DNA of 64,000 bases from Candidatus Babeliales bacterium (GTDB taxonomy: Bacteria > Babelota > Babeliae > Babelales > JANWKD01), in the NCBI GenBank assembly GCA_963701665.1, contig OY969622.1, positions 128,001-192,000 of the forward strand. The letters are read 5' to 3'. The notes beneath the pieces were generated by a model, which saw only the letters and a program-made list of their open reading frames with translations, did not search any database and was not told the DNA's origin. The translations under genes and the position numbers were made by a program. Shown here in pieces: positions 29,840 through 39,679 of the stretch. Every line of letters begins with the position of its first letter. Position 1 is the stretch's first letter.

Positions 29840-30868
29840 TTATTTTAAAAGAGGTGCAACTTTGTTGTCATACTGAAAGAATTTTTGTAATTCTGCATTT
29901 GATAGTATGTAAGATTTAGCAGCATCTTTTTGTTCCGGTGTTGCGCCTCTAAGAAGATTTGCTATTGTATCACACGTTATTGATTCATAATATTGCGTAG
30001 TATCTGGTTCCAAGAAGCTATGCGGACTCACACAATTTGGTTGTTCACAGTGAACAATAATTGTTCCGTCTTCACGTGTTGCATACTTATTGTTCCATAA
30101 ATGACCAGCTTGTACGACTTTGATGATTTGTACAAAAATTTTGGGCGCTAATTCTCTTAATTCTGCTGAATTCATTTCTTTGTAATCGGGGATTAATTCC
30201 TCAAGAGCAAAATGAGTTTCATCTGTTGGAACTGTTGCATTTTTTTGACCTTTGAAAGGCTCAAGATATACTTTTGGCGTTTTAATTGCATTGAGTTGTA
30301 ATCGCTCTATTTCATCTGCAAGCATTTTGCCATTTGCAGCCCAACTTATGTCTTGATAAGTTGGAATTCTATTACTTAAATATTGCTCAAATTGTTCATC
30401 ATGAAACTTTCTAAGTTCTAACATTTCTTGTGCATATTGTGGATTTTGCGGATTAAGAGAGCATATACAAGATATTCTTCTATTACTTTCATCCATTGCG
30501 CCTTGTGCTTGGATAATACTTTGACGTTTGTTAGCTGGACCTGCAATCTTAGCGAGTAATTCTGCTTTAGGAACTATAACCGTGTAATTGCCTGTTTTTG
30601 ATTTATTTTCTAAGCCTTGTTCTTTTAACGTAGCATTGTTCGCATCTCTGATCATTCGCCAATCGTTAAATGATGTTAAAGCATTTAATCCGGCTAGTAA
30701 TCCTGCATGCTCTTGTTTCCATTCAGTTACAATTTCTTGTTGGTGTGATTCCAATTGTGGAACAAGTGATAATAATGTTTCTTTGGTGACGCTGCGTTGC
30801 TCCATCGCTTGGGCTGAAAATACTATACCAGCTGCCATTAGTAAGGCTAGGTTTCTTAATTTTAACAT
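29840..30868 (-). CDS. Exported hypothetical protein, possibly degenerate kinase-like
   Basis: Signal peptide AQA then MEQ; AGGAG RBS. Confidence 0.7.
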   Translation of the reverse strand: MLKLRNLALLMAAGIVFSAQAMEQRSVTKETLLSLVPQLESHQQEIVTEWKQEHAGLLAGLNALTSFNDWRMIRDANNATLKEQGLENKSKTGNYTVIVPKAELLAKIAGPANKRQSIIQAQGAMDESNRRISCICSLNPQNPQYAQEMLELRKFHDEQFEQYLSNRIPTYQDISWAANGKMLADEIERLQLNAIKTPKVYLEPFKGQKNATVPTDETHFALEELIPDYKEMNSAELRELAPKIFVQIIKVVQAGHLWNNKYATREDGTIIVHCEQPNCVSPHSFLEPDTTQYYESITCDTIANLLRGATPEQKDAAKSYILSNAELQKFFQYDNKVAPLLK

Positions 30869-30947
30869 AATACTCCTTTTAGGTATGTTATAGGATAACT
30901 TACTCTATTTAGTCTATTCTATTTGTAATTAATGTCAAGGGGAAGAG

Positions 30948-31343
30948 CTATGGCTTAGGGACCTCTTGAACCAGGTTAAAAAGGGTGCCATAAAGGTCCT
31001 TAAAAACAGCATTAATGCCCCAAGGCTGCTTGGTTGGCTTCTGCACGAATTCTATCCCCTTTTGGGCCAATTCTTCATAGGTTTTTTGACAATTATCAGT
31101 AGTGAAAGAGGCTAAAGGCATGGTGTTTCCCTGTTGGCCTACCAGGGAGGTTTCAAACTCATTAGCTGCCGGCATGAGTATTATTTCAAAATCTGGCTGT
31201 TTTGCCAAGCATACCGTAAGCCAACGGCCTTCACTAAACATGGCATCGGTATGGAGTTTAAACCCCAATTTTTGGGTATAAAATTGGAGGGCTTCCTCCT
31301 GATTATGAACAAAAATAGTAAGATGGGTAATTTTATTAAGCAT
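30948..31343 (-). CDS. VOC/glyoxalase family protein
   Basis: HLTIFV, FYTQKLGF, FKDLYG. Confidence 0.88.
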   Translation of the reverse strand: MLNKITHLTIFVHNQEEALQFYTQKLGFKLHTDAMFSEGRWLTVCLAKQPDFEIILMPAANEFETSLVGQQGNTMPLASFTTDNCQKTYEELAQKGIEFVQKPTKQPWGINAVFKDLYGTLFNLVQEVPKP

Positions 31344-31358
31344 TTTTTTTTCCTTTTT

Positions 31359-32117
31359 TTAGGCGTTCATTAATAGAAGAGATCTGAGGACACCTGTGGC
31401 AAGTATTGCAGCTTGGGGTGCCCTTAATATAGTTGGGGTTAGTTTTACAGCCTTAAAATTGGCTTCTTTAACGTATTTTTTTTCTTCTGGCGTAAGATCA
31501 CCTTCAGGTCCGGCGAGCACAATATAGCCATTATTCGACCCTAAAATAGGTGTTGATACTAGAGAGCTTCCTGCGGCATCCAAAAAAAGCCTATTAAGAT
31601 CTTGTTGGTTATAGGCTTTTAAGACTTCTTTAAGGGGTAAAGGAGGGTTAATATGCCCGAAAGAATAATATTTTGCTTGTTCGGCTGCGGCAATCATTAT
31701 TTTTTGTAGTTTTTCCAGCTCTTTTTGCCCTTGCCATGAAACGTGCATTTTTGCTGTCGTTATAAGCTGAATGGTTGTGCACCCAACTTCGGTCAGCCCG
31801 TATACTGCCTCGTGCAATGCCTCTCGTTTGAGTAACGGTAATAAAAATGTAATCGAGGGTGCAATAGGCGTGTTGCGCGCGCAAGCTAGAACGCGTGCAC
31901 TAGAGTATTTTTTTGTTACTTCTTCAAAACGTACGTTGCAGTGCATAGTGCGATCAAAAAAAATAGATTCATCCTGTTGTGTTAATCGTAACACCGTATG
32001 CATGCGATGCAGCAGTTGTTCATCAGTGCATCGAATAGTATCGCCACTTGAATATGATGGTAGCTGATTTTCGTGATGCCAAAAAAAGGCAAAAATATGG
32101 TTGTCTTGTGTTCGCAT
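31359..32117 (-). CDS. rsmE: 16S rRNA m3U1498 methyltransferase
   Basis: HRMHTVLRL, TEVG, AAAEQ, GPEGD, ILRA. Confidence 0.88.
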   Translation of the reverse strand: MRTQDNHIFAFFWHHENQLPSYSSGDTIRCTDEQLLHRMHTVLRLTQQDESIFFDRTMHCNVRFEEVTKKYSSARVLACARNTPIAPSITFLLPLLKREALHEAVYGLTEVGCTTIQLITTAKMHVSWQGQKELEKLQKIMIAAAEQAKYYSFGHINPPLPLKEVLKAYNQQDLNRLFLDAAGSSLVSTPILGSNNGYIVLAGPEGDLTPEEKKYVKEANFKAVKLTPTILRAPQAAILATGVLRSLLLMNA

Positions 32118-32119
32118 GA

Positions 32120-32455
32120 TTATTTTCGTGCAATTTTTTCTTTTACTGAGTGCCACGAATTGGCCAGATATTCCTTTAACGAATAATAATGCATAATGGT
32201 AGTTAGCGCTAGTGCGATTGCCCAATCAGTAACGGGAGATGAGAAGGTCTGTACATCATCACAATCGAGCTGTTCACAAATGGTATCTAATTCATCATGA
32301 TGACTATCGTGGGCATAGTCAGCTTTTGTGGTATCCAAGTTTTCTGATAAACAATGTGTTTGCTCATAATATTCTTGTATATCCTGTGCTTTTGCCATTT
32401 TCACGCTTAACGGTGCGCCAATAACAACGCTATATAAAACAATTTTTTTGTTCAT
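32120..32455 (-). CDS. Hypothetical protein
   Basis: 111-aa ORF with AAGGA RBS and signal-like N-terminus. Confidence 0.55.
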   Translation of the reverse strand: MNKKIVLYSVVIGAPLSVKMAKAQDIQEYYEQTHCLSENLDTTKADYAHDSHHDELDTICEQLDCDDVQTFSSPVTDWAIALALTTIMHYYSLKEYLANSWHSVKEKIARK

Positions 32456-32551
32456 GTTAATTTCCTTTACAAACTATTTCTAGAGAAGAATACTAATATA
32501 CACCATTTTTTTTCAAACAAATGCATTTTTTTTGTAAAGGAAAGAGTAAAT

Positions 32552-34075
32552 ATGGCCTCTTCAACACAACCTACCATGCTCATAGTGCTTGATGGATTTG
32601 GCTACCGTGAACAAAAAAAATATAATGCTATTGCCCTTGCAAAGACACCAGTTTTAGATCTTCTCTTAAAAGAATATCCGCATGCGTTGTTGGCAGCGTC
32701 AGGCCAAGCAGTTGGATTGCCACACGGCTCTAACGGCAACTCAGAAGTAGGTCATGTAACGCTAGGCGCTGGACGGATTATTCGTCAAGATGCAACGATT
32801 ATATCCGATGCTATAAAAAACGGACAATTTTTTTCAAATCCTGTATTGCTCGAACAGCTAAACGAGTGCGAAAAAAAATCTAGTCGCGTGCATATTTTGG
32901 GGTTACTTTCTGATGGTGGCGTGCATAGTGATATTTCCCACGCGATCGCTTTCTTGCAAGCAGCAAAAAAAGCTGGCATCAAACACGCGTTTGTCCATGC
33001 CATTCTTGATGGGCGCGACGTTGCACCACGATCCGCGCGCGTTTACTTAGAGCAGCTTGAACGTGCGTTTGAAACGTTGAACTATGGAACACTCGGCTCA
33101 TTGCATGGACGTTTTTATTCAATGGACCGTGATAAAAATTGGGAACGCACGGCACTCAGTTATTGTTGTTTAACGCAGGCACAAGAGATTAGGTTTGATT
33201 CGTGGCGTTCTGCGATCACCTATTATTATAACGATCAGATCTTTGATGAGTTTATACCGCCTACGCAACTTCATAATGATTCACTTATTAAAGATGGGGA
33301 CGCCGTTATCTTTTTTAACTTTCGCCCCGATCGCGCACGTCAATTAACGGCACCGTTTGTTGTGCCACATTTTAACGAATTTGAAGGTAAACATGTTAAG
33401 CTCCAATTTTTTATGACGCCCGTTTCTTTTGACGAGCGTTTTAAGAATGTTGTGCTATTTAAAAAAGAGCCCGTCAAAAATACGTTGATGGACGTTCTGG
33501 AGGCACAGCATAAAACTATGTTTGCCATTGCAGAAACAGAAAAATATGCACACGTTACCTACTTTTTTAATGCGGGTAATGAACGAGTGCATGCCAATGA
33601 AACGCGCGTGTTGATTCCTTCAGTTCCGGTAGAAAGTTATGCAACATTGCCCCAGATGTCTGCTGCACAGATTACGAGCGCGGTTATCGATTCACTCAAA
33701 AAAGATCCAAAAGATTTTTATCTTATTAATTATGCGAACGCAGATATGGTTGGCCATTCTGGTAATTTAGAAGCAACCATCAAAGCGGTTGAATGTTTGG
33801 ATGAGCAACTTGGTATTGTCTATAAGCAGGTTGTTCTGACAATGAATGGCACTTTATACATTACCGCCGATCATGGCAATGCTGAAGAAATGTTTGATGA
33901 AACAACGCACCAGCCAAAAACCTCGCATACAACTAATCCCGTGATTTTTTTAGTCGTTAAAAAAGATCTAGCAGGTCAAAAATTGCCGTGTCCTTCTATG
34001 AAAGGGCTTTCAGATGTCGCACCCTGTATTCTACATATGATGCAGCTTCCAATTCCAGATGAAATGAAGAAATAA
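32552..34075 (+). CDS. gpmI: 2,3-BPG-independent phosphoglycerate mutase
   Basis: LDGFG, GNSEVGH, DGRD, NFRPDR, ETEKYAHVT, DMVGH, TADHGN. Confidence 0.97.
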   Translation: MASSTQPTMLIVLDGFGYREQKKYNAIALAKTPVLDLLLKEYPHALLAASGQAVGLPHGSNGNSEVGHVTLGAGRIIRQDATIISDAIKNGQFFSNPVLLEQLNECEKKSSRVHILGLLSDGGVHSDISHAIAFLQAAKKAGIKHAFVHAILDGRDVAPRSARVYLEQLERAFETLNYGTLGSLHGRFYSMDRDKNWERTALSYCCLTQAQEIRFDSWRSAITYYYNDQIFDEFIPPTQLHNDSLIKDGDAVIFFNFRPDRARQLTAPFVVPHFNEFEGKHVKLQFFMTPVSFDERFKNVVLFKKEPVKNTLMDVLEAQHKTMFAIAETEKYAHVTYFFNAGNERVHANETRVLIPSVPVESYATLPQMSAAQITSAVIDSLKKDPKDFYLINYANADMVGHSGNLEATIKAVECLDEQLGIVYKQVVLTMNGTLYITADHGNAEEMFDETTHQPKTSHTTNPVIFLVVKKDLAGQKLPCPSMKGLSDVAPCILHMMQLPIPDEMKK

Positions 34076-34144
34076 ATAAGATAGTTTTTTCGATGGTATG
34101 TTCGCTATACTGAAAAAAAAATCTAATTAAAAAAGGAGCATAAC

Positions 34145-34570
34145 ATGTTAGAACTTTCAAAGCTTTTGTCCGCGCGTTTACATCTTTCTTATTATTCGCT
34201 CAAAATTATATATGGCATTATTGCGCTCGTTGCAGGATTTGATAAATTTTTTCACTTTTTTAGCAGTAACGCAGAACAGTTTGTGAGCCCCTATATAACA
34301 ACAGTTATTCCGTTATCAGCAACGCATATTATATATGGCATAGCTATTCTTGAGATCATTATTGGTGTTCTTATTTTATCGAAATTTACCAAATGGGGTG
34401 CCTATGCAATGATGATATGGTATGCCATCATCATTGTAGATTTAATGACCTTGTCGGGGTTTGCGGTGCTTGCTTTGAGTAATGCTGGTCACGCAATAGC
34501 GAATTTTACGCTGGCGCAGTTAGCCACCTTTGTTGAAAAATATACCAAGCATGAAAACGCCGTGCTTTAA
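34145..34570 (+). CDS. DoxX-like membrane protein
   Basis: AGFDKF, EIIIG, about 4 TM segments. Confidence 0.65.
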   Translation: MLELSKLLSARLHLSYYSLKIIYGIIALVAGFDKFFHFFSSNAEQFVSPYITTVIPLSATHIIYGIAILEIIIGVLILSKFTKWGAYAMMIWYAIIIVDLMTLSGFAVLALSNAGHAIANFTLAQLATFVEKYTKHENAVL

Positions 34571-35151
34571 TGAGGAACATCATAGGTGAATTTGACAAAT
34601 CCTTCATCCTGTCCTTTTTCTTGAAACCCTAATTTTCTATATAATGCTTGTGCTGCAGCATTATCGGTGCGCGTAACGAGTTCGACTTGTGAAACACCAT
34701 GATTAATAAGATCACGGAGTGCGTATTTTACGAATTTCACGCCCCATCCTTTTGAACGGTAAGCAGGTAACACGTCAACAAATAATATTTTGCCTAGATA
34801 AAATTTCTTTACGTAATACGCCAAAAAACCGGCTGGTTGATCGCCTTGATAGCCAACTTTCATGGTCAAAATATGTTTAGGTGGTAAGGTAAGAGAGTTG
34901 GAGCGATATTTAAGTACGTAATCAACATATGCTTGTGCCGTCTCATCAAAAGTATCTGAAATACCAGCGACAAGCCAATACCAATCATCATGAAATAACT
35001 GTTTTATGAATGCAGAATCTCGTTGTTGGCTATATTCATAAATTCCTTCAGCAAAATAAGAGTGATATAGAAAGTATGAACCTGTCCCTAGAAAAATAGA
35101 TAGTGCACATCCAATAATGCTTATTTTAATGGCTTTTTTGCTGAGATTCAT
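34567..35151 (-). CDS. GNAT acetyltransferase with N-terminal membrane anchor
   Basis: VLPAYRSKGWG, NAAAQALYRKLGF. Confidence 0.85.
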   Translation of the reverse strand: MNLSKKAIKISIIGCALSIFLGTGSYFLYHSYFAEGIYEYSQQRDSAFIKQLFHDDWYWLVAGISDTFDETAQAYVDYVLKYRSNSLTLPPKHILTMKVGYQGDQPAGFLAYYVKKFYLGKILFVDVLPAYRSKGWGVKFVKYALRDLINHGVSQVELVTRTDNAAAQALYRKLGFQEKGQDEGFVKFTYDVPH

Positions 35152-35423
35152 GAATATAAACCTTTATAGCTTGTGAAAACATACGCAAATTAGAATAAAT
35201 GGTTGTGAATAAGAAGACTAGAAAATCATGCTTTTTTTTATGGCAAAAGCCCAAAAACCCCTAAATTCCGTAAAACAGGCGTCCAGAACGTCTGAACCTG
35301 CCTTTCCCTGGGGAATACCTATAAAACATTACAAATGAGAAATAAATGTACAAAAGTGCTTTTTTTATATATACTATTAAAAAATATAAATCATGTAATT
35401 ATTGGTATTAATGGGGGAAAATA

Positions 35424-37595
35424 ATGAACTTTTTACGTAATTTTTTAATCGCATTTGTGCTCTGTATGGGTAGTGCAGGTTTAAGCTCTATGGAGGTATC
35501 CAAGGGGCAAAAAAGCTCTTTACCTTCGCTTACAAGGCTAGCAGCAGAACAAGTACTTAAAAATGCCAGGGAGCGCGAGAGTATAGAAGAGACGCGTCAA
35601 GACATGGAACGATTACCAGAAGAAGTGCGTTTTTATGTGAGGGCATGCCACGAGGCTAGACCCCAGAGACGTAGTTTTCTACACGAGGCAACCTCAATCA
35701 GAGAAGTTATGCAATTAGTTGAAGGAATAGGGGTTAATCCAGTCTCGAAAACACGTACAGATGAAACGCCTCTTATGACGTTATTGCGTTCAGGCAAACG
35801 TGATGAAGCGTATGCATTGCTTAATTTCATGAATGCAAACAAACTCCCCTGTGATCAAAAAGATATGCATGGGCAAACTGCATTGAGTATTGCTAAACGG
35901 TTTGAAGATGAAGAAATGATCGCTCTGTTAAAAAATGAAAGGCCTAACGTTAAGCCTATTAAGCAAGAAACTATCGCAGAAGATCCAACAAACAAAATTG
36001 TAAGAAAAAAACTGAAAAAATTATTGAGCTTTCAATCATATGCAAAGGCAGAAGAATTTCTTAGAAAGTTACCTGAATCAGTTTCCTTAAGTAGTATTGC
36101 TCTCGAAGCACAAAAGCAAGATAAGTATACAGGATTAACAGCACTGCATACCGTTAATCATCCTGAACAAGTAAAGATTTTGATGCAGCTCGGTGTAGAT
36201 TTTAATATATCATCAAACGAAGGGCAAAAGCCACTTCATGTTTATATAAAAACAGGCAACTTTGATGTTGCATTAGAACTTCTTAAAATACATGATGAAT
36301 CATTGTGCATTGATGTGCGCGATCATTTGGGATGTACTCCTATTTCCTATGCAATTATTGGGAAACATAATGAACTCATTGCTATGCTTATTGCAAGAAA
36401 AGCTAATACGCGTAGCAAGATCAAGGCATGGGGAAATAGTACGTCACCGCTAGAACTTTTTTTAGATCGCCGTTTTTACAATGCTGAATTGGTGCCGCTG
36501 CTTTTTTCTCAGGATGTTCTTGCAGAATTAAGTATTCCAACGAAAATGCGGTTATTGCAACGTGCTGTTTGTTGTGATTTTGATCCTGTAAAGGAAATCC
36601 TGCTTGGTGATGAAACTTTTGAAACATTAACAGATAGCAATGGCATGAATTTTATTATGTATCTGGTGCAGAATAATCATAATGAAACGCTCAAAAAAGT
36701 ATTAAAGACTTTCAAAGATCCTGCAACACTTAAAGCTGTCTTGGAAAGAACAGATCACCGATCTCAAACAGCACTTTTTTATGCCATCTTTAAAGGGTCA
36801 AGAACATTAAAAACATTGTTAGAGCATAACGTCAATATTAATCACCAAAATAACCGTGGACATACGGTGCTTTACTTCGCTCAAGAATATAAATCACTTT
36901 TAAAACAGTTATTAAAAAAGAACCCTAACGTCAACCTTGCTTCTGTATTCGGTAGTACACCTTTACATGAAGCAGTAAAAAAAGAACATAGTGAGTGTGC
37001 TGAACTATTGCTGCAATACGGTGCAGATGTTAATGCTCAAAGCAATAACGGTGTAACACCGTTGCATGTTGCAGCTATAAAACAACCAGTATTAGTTGAT
37101 ACACTGCTTAATTATTATCCTTTAATTGATATATGCGCGCAGAGCGGAAGAACTCCTTTTATGACCACATTAGTATGTAATAATGTGGAATCAGCAAAAC
37201 TATTATTGGCAGCAGGAGCGAATCCTCTTGCAACTGATAATGATGGGAGAACAATACTCCACAACATGGTTCAGAAGCATCCTGAGAATTTCTATACTTT
37301 TGTAAAAGAAATAATATCCGTTCTTAAAACCAAAGACTCAAAGGGAAAAACAGTATCATATTTATTGAATGCTAAAGATAAAGATGGTCAAACTGTATTA
37401 CATTATGCTGCAAATAAAAAAGATTTCGGAACAGTTAAAAATCTCATTGATTTAGGTGCTGACGTTAATAGCCAAGATGATCTGGGAAGAACGCCTCTTA
37501 TGCTTGCATTAGAGAATAAGTGTGAAGGAGCAGTCAGATGCTTGCTTAAAAATCATGCGGATCAAACTATCAAAGATAGTAATGGTAATACGTAA
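35424..37595 (+). CDS. Exported ankyrin-repeat protein
   Basis: Many GxTPLHxA repeats; signal peptide then MEV. Confidence 0.92.
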   Translation: MNFLRNFLIAFVLCMGSAGLSSMEVSKGQKSSLPSLTRLAAEQVLKNARERESIEETRQDMERLPEEVRFYVRACHEARPQRRSFLHEATSIREVMQLVEGIGVNPVSKTRTDETPLMTLLRSGKRDEAYALLNFMNANKLPCDQKDMHGQTALSIAKRFEDEEMIALLKNERPNVKPIKQETIAEDPTNKIVRKKLKKLLSFQSYAKAEEFLRKLPESVSLSSIALEAQKQDKYTGLTALHTVNHPEQVKILMQLGVDFNISSNEGQKPLHVYIKTGNFDVALELLKIHDESLCIDVRDHLGCTPISYAIIGKHNELIAMLIARKANTRSKIKAWGNSTSPLELFLDRRFYNAELVPLLFSQDVLAELSIPTKMRLLQRAVCCDFDPVKEILLGDETFETLTDSNGMNFIMYLVQNNHNETLKKVLKTFKDPATLKAVLERTDHRSQTALFYAIFKGSRTLKTLLEHNVNINHQNNRGHTVLYFAQEYKSLLKQLLKKNPNVNLASVFGSTPLHEAVKKEHSECAELLLQYGADVNAQSNNGVTPLHVAAIKQPVLVDTLLNYYPLIDICAQSGRTPFMTTLVCNNVESAKLLLAAGANPLATDNDGRTILHNMVQKHPENFYTFVKEIISVLKTKDSKGKTVSYLLNAKDKDGQTVLHYAANKKDFGTVKNLIDLGADVNSQDDLGRTPLMLALENKCEGAVRCLLKNHADQTIKDSNGNT

Positions 37596-37686
37596 GGTTT
37601 ATATACAGTGTGATGAATCAGCTTCCGATTATTTAAGTATTTTGCACGAATACAAGAAATAATTCTTTAAAGGCGCAAATAGACGG

Positions 37687-38379
37687 TTAGTTTTCCCAAC
37701 CTGTTGCGTCATAAGGTGCGAATTGGCTAGTATTACGTGTATCTTCGACAATTATTTCAATATCGTGTAATTGTTTTTTTAATAATTTGCGCCTGTGACG
37801 AAGAAATTTCTTGTACTCTTTTGGCTCGGAAGGTCTGCTTTGGTAGGTATACTTTTTGCCAAAAAGCGTACGTTCTATATCATTGAGCCGGTCGTTTACT
37901 AAATCACCCGGTGATCCAGCATGATAAAAAAGAGCTCTCTTAACTTTTCCTGTGATATTTGTCGTTAATAGATTGTAGGTATTTTGATGATGATCACCTA
38001 GGCCATTATTGCCCGCGAATAGACTAGAGTACTCTCCATCTTTTTCATTTTGGAGGTTACATAATATTTCATTCCAAGAGGTATCAAAACCGCCATACGC
38101 TATTGCGGCAGTAACTAGATGGTTGTTTGCTAATTCGTCTTTTAAATCATTAATGCGAACATTTTTTTGATGATGTCGCCATTCGTTTGAAAAAACATAT
38201 AAGCTCGTTACTCCAATACCACCAATAATCAATGTTTTTTGTAGCGTATCCGCCTTACTCCAAAATTCTTGTATGCTATCTTTCAGTTGTCTAAAATACT
38301 CCATGCCAAAACATGAGTTAATATTGATAGAGAGAAGCACGATTAACAGGTATTTTTGAATTGTATTTTTATATTTCAT
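37687..38379 (-). CDS. Exported hypothetical protein with one internal TM segment
   Basis: Signal peptide CFG then MEY; LIIGGIGVTSLYVF. Confidence 0.65.
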   Translation of the reverse strand: MKYKNTIQKYLLIVLLSININSCFGMEYFRQLKDSIQEFWSKADTLQKTLIIGGIGVTSLYVFSNEWRHHQKNVRINDLKDELANNHLVTAAIAYGGFDTSWNEILCNLQNEKDGEYSSLFAGNNGLGDHHQNTYNLLTTNITGKVKRALFYHAGSPGDLVNDRLNDIERTLFGKKYTYQSRPSEPKEYKKFLRHRRKLLKKQLHDIEIIVEDTRNTSQFAPYDATGWEN

Positions 38380-38476
38380 GTTGTCCTTAAAAATAATTTG
38401 AATTTTATCAAAATATATTAAAACTAATTTGATACGGATGATAAACAATTTATAAGATAGCTAAAATAATCGCAGT

Positions 38477-38881
38477 TGTCATTGCGAGCCGACATTGTCG
38501 GCGTGGCAACCCAGCTTATAAAATTTTATTTATTTTTCCTTTGAGTTGCTCATATAAATCAAACCAAGAGGGATTTATTGACTCAATAAGTTTTAATTTT
38601 TTTGTTCGTGAACCGGATTTTATTTGTTTTTCTCGAGCAATTGCTTTTAACATGTCATCGTAAAGTTCATAGTATACAAGTAAATTACAACCATGTTGCT
38701 TTGTAAATCCTTCGATCATATTATTTTTGTGTTGATACATTCTTTGCGCCAAATTAGAAGTTACCCCTGTATAAAGGGTTCCATTTCTTTTGTTAGTTAC
38801 GATGTATACTGCGGGTTGTTTCATAAGGATCTCATAATAGAATTTTATAAGCTGGGTTGCCACGCTACGCTCGCAATGACA
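38477..38881. mobile_element. Candidate element: GIY-YIG gene between ~50-bp inverted REP-like repeats
   Basis: Left TGTCATTGCGAGC..GCGTGGCAACCCAGCTTATAAAATT; right reverse complement TGTCATTGCGAGCGTAGCGTGGCAACCCAGCTTATAAAATT. Confidence 0.7.
38516..38824 (-). CDS. Stand-alone GIY-YIG nuclease
   Basis: AVYIV...TLYTGVTSNLAQRMYQH, LLVYYE, AIAREKQIK, NPSWFDL. Confidence 0.92.
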   Translation of the reverse strand: MKQPAVYIVTNKRNGTLYTGVTSNLAQRMYQHKNNMIEGFTKQHGCNLLVYYELYDDMLKAIAREKQIKSGSRTKKLKLIESINPSWFDLYEQLKGKINKIL

Positions 38882-38932
38882 TTCTGATTATTGTGCTTGT
38901 CTTATAAATTGTTTATCACTTTAAAAAACATG

Positions 38933-39676
38933 TTAATTATTTTTATACTCAATCTCGTGCAATACAAGCCCGTGCGCGGGTGCATTTGGGAGCGCGTGAT
39001 TAGGATTTTTTGATGCCAAAACGCGTGCAACATGCTCGCGCGTTGTACGTCCGCACGCGACTTGAAGACACGCGCCAACAATGCGTCGAATCATACAATG
39101 CAAAAAACTTCTCCCTCGAACAATAATGCGATGCGCGTGCAATGGTGCATTAAAATCGCGTGAAATAGATTCGATCGCGCGTATTGAACTCTTACCCTCG
39201 ACATCCGAAGCGAATGCGCGAAAATCATGCTTACCAACAAAAAGTGTTAAAGCATGATCTAATTGCTCAAAGTCGAGTGGCTTTTTTATAAAATATCCCC
39301 AATTATTATGGGGGGGAAGTGGTTGTTCACAAAAAAAATGATACCAATAGGTTTTTTGCGCAACGTCAAAACGCGCATTGAACGCTGATGGCACTTCTTC
39401 TAACGAACGAATAACAATATCAGATGGCAGGATATTATTCCAGGCAAATAACATTTTTTGCGGATCAAATTCTTGATCAAGCACAAAAGTGGCAACTTGG
39501 CCGTATGCATGAACGCCAGCATCGGTGCGAGAAGCACCGATGAGGATAATTTTTTTTTTGAATACTAAAAAGAATGTATGTTGGAGAGTATTGGCGATTG
39601 CTGCCTGATTAGGCTGCGATTGCCATCCGGCGTATGCAGTGCCTTGATAGGCAACCACAATTTTATACGTTTTCAC
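38933..39676 (-). CDS. truA: tRNA pseudouridine(38-40) synthase
   Basis: YAGWQSQ, ASRTDAGVHA, HDFRAF, APAHGL; GTG start. Confidence 0.95.
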   Translation of the reverse strand: MKTYKIVVAYQGTAYAGWQSQPNQAAIANTLQHTFFLVFKKKIILIGASRTDAGVHAYGQVATFVLDQEFDPQKMLFAWNNILPSDIVIRSLEEVPSAFNARFDVAQKTYWYHFFCEQPLPPHNNWGYFIKKPLDFEQLDHALTLFVGKHDFRAFASDVEGKSSIRAIESISRDFNAPLHAHRIIVRGRSFLHCMIRRIVGACLQVACGRTTREHVARVLASKNPNHALPNAPAHGLVLHEIEYKNN

Positions 39677-39679
39677 GTT

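Noticed and set aside
38825..38863. N-terminal extension of the GIY-YIG ORF in the track
   Set aside because: Lies within the terminal repeat region; MKQPAVY at 38824 is the typical family start
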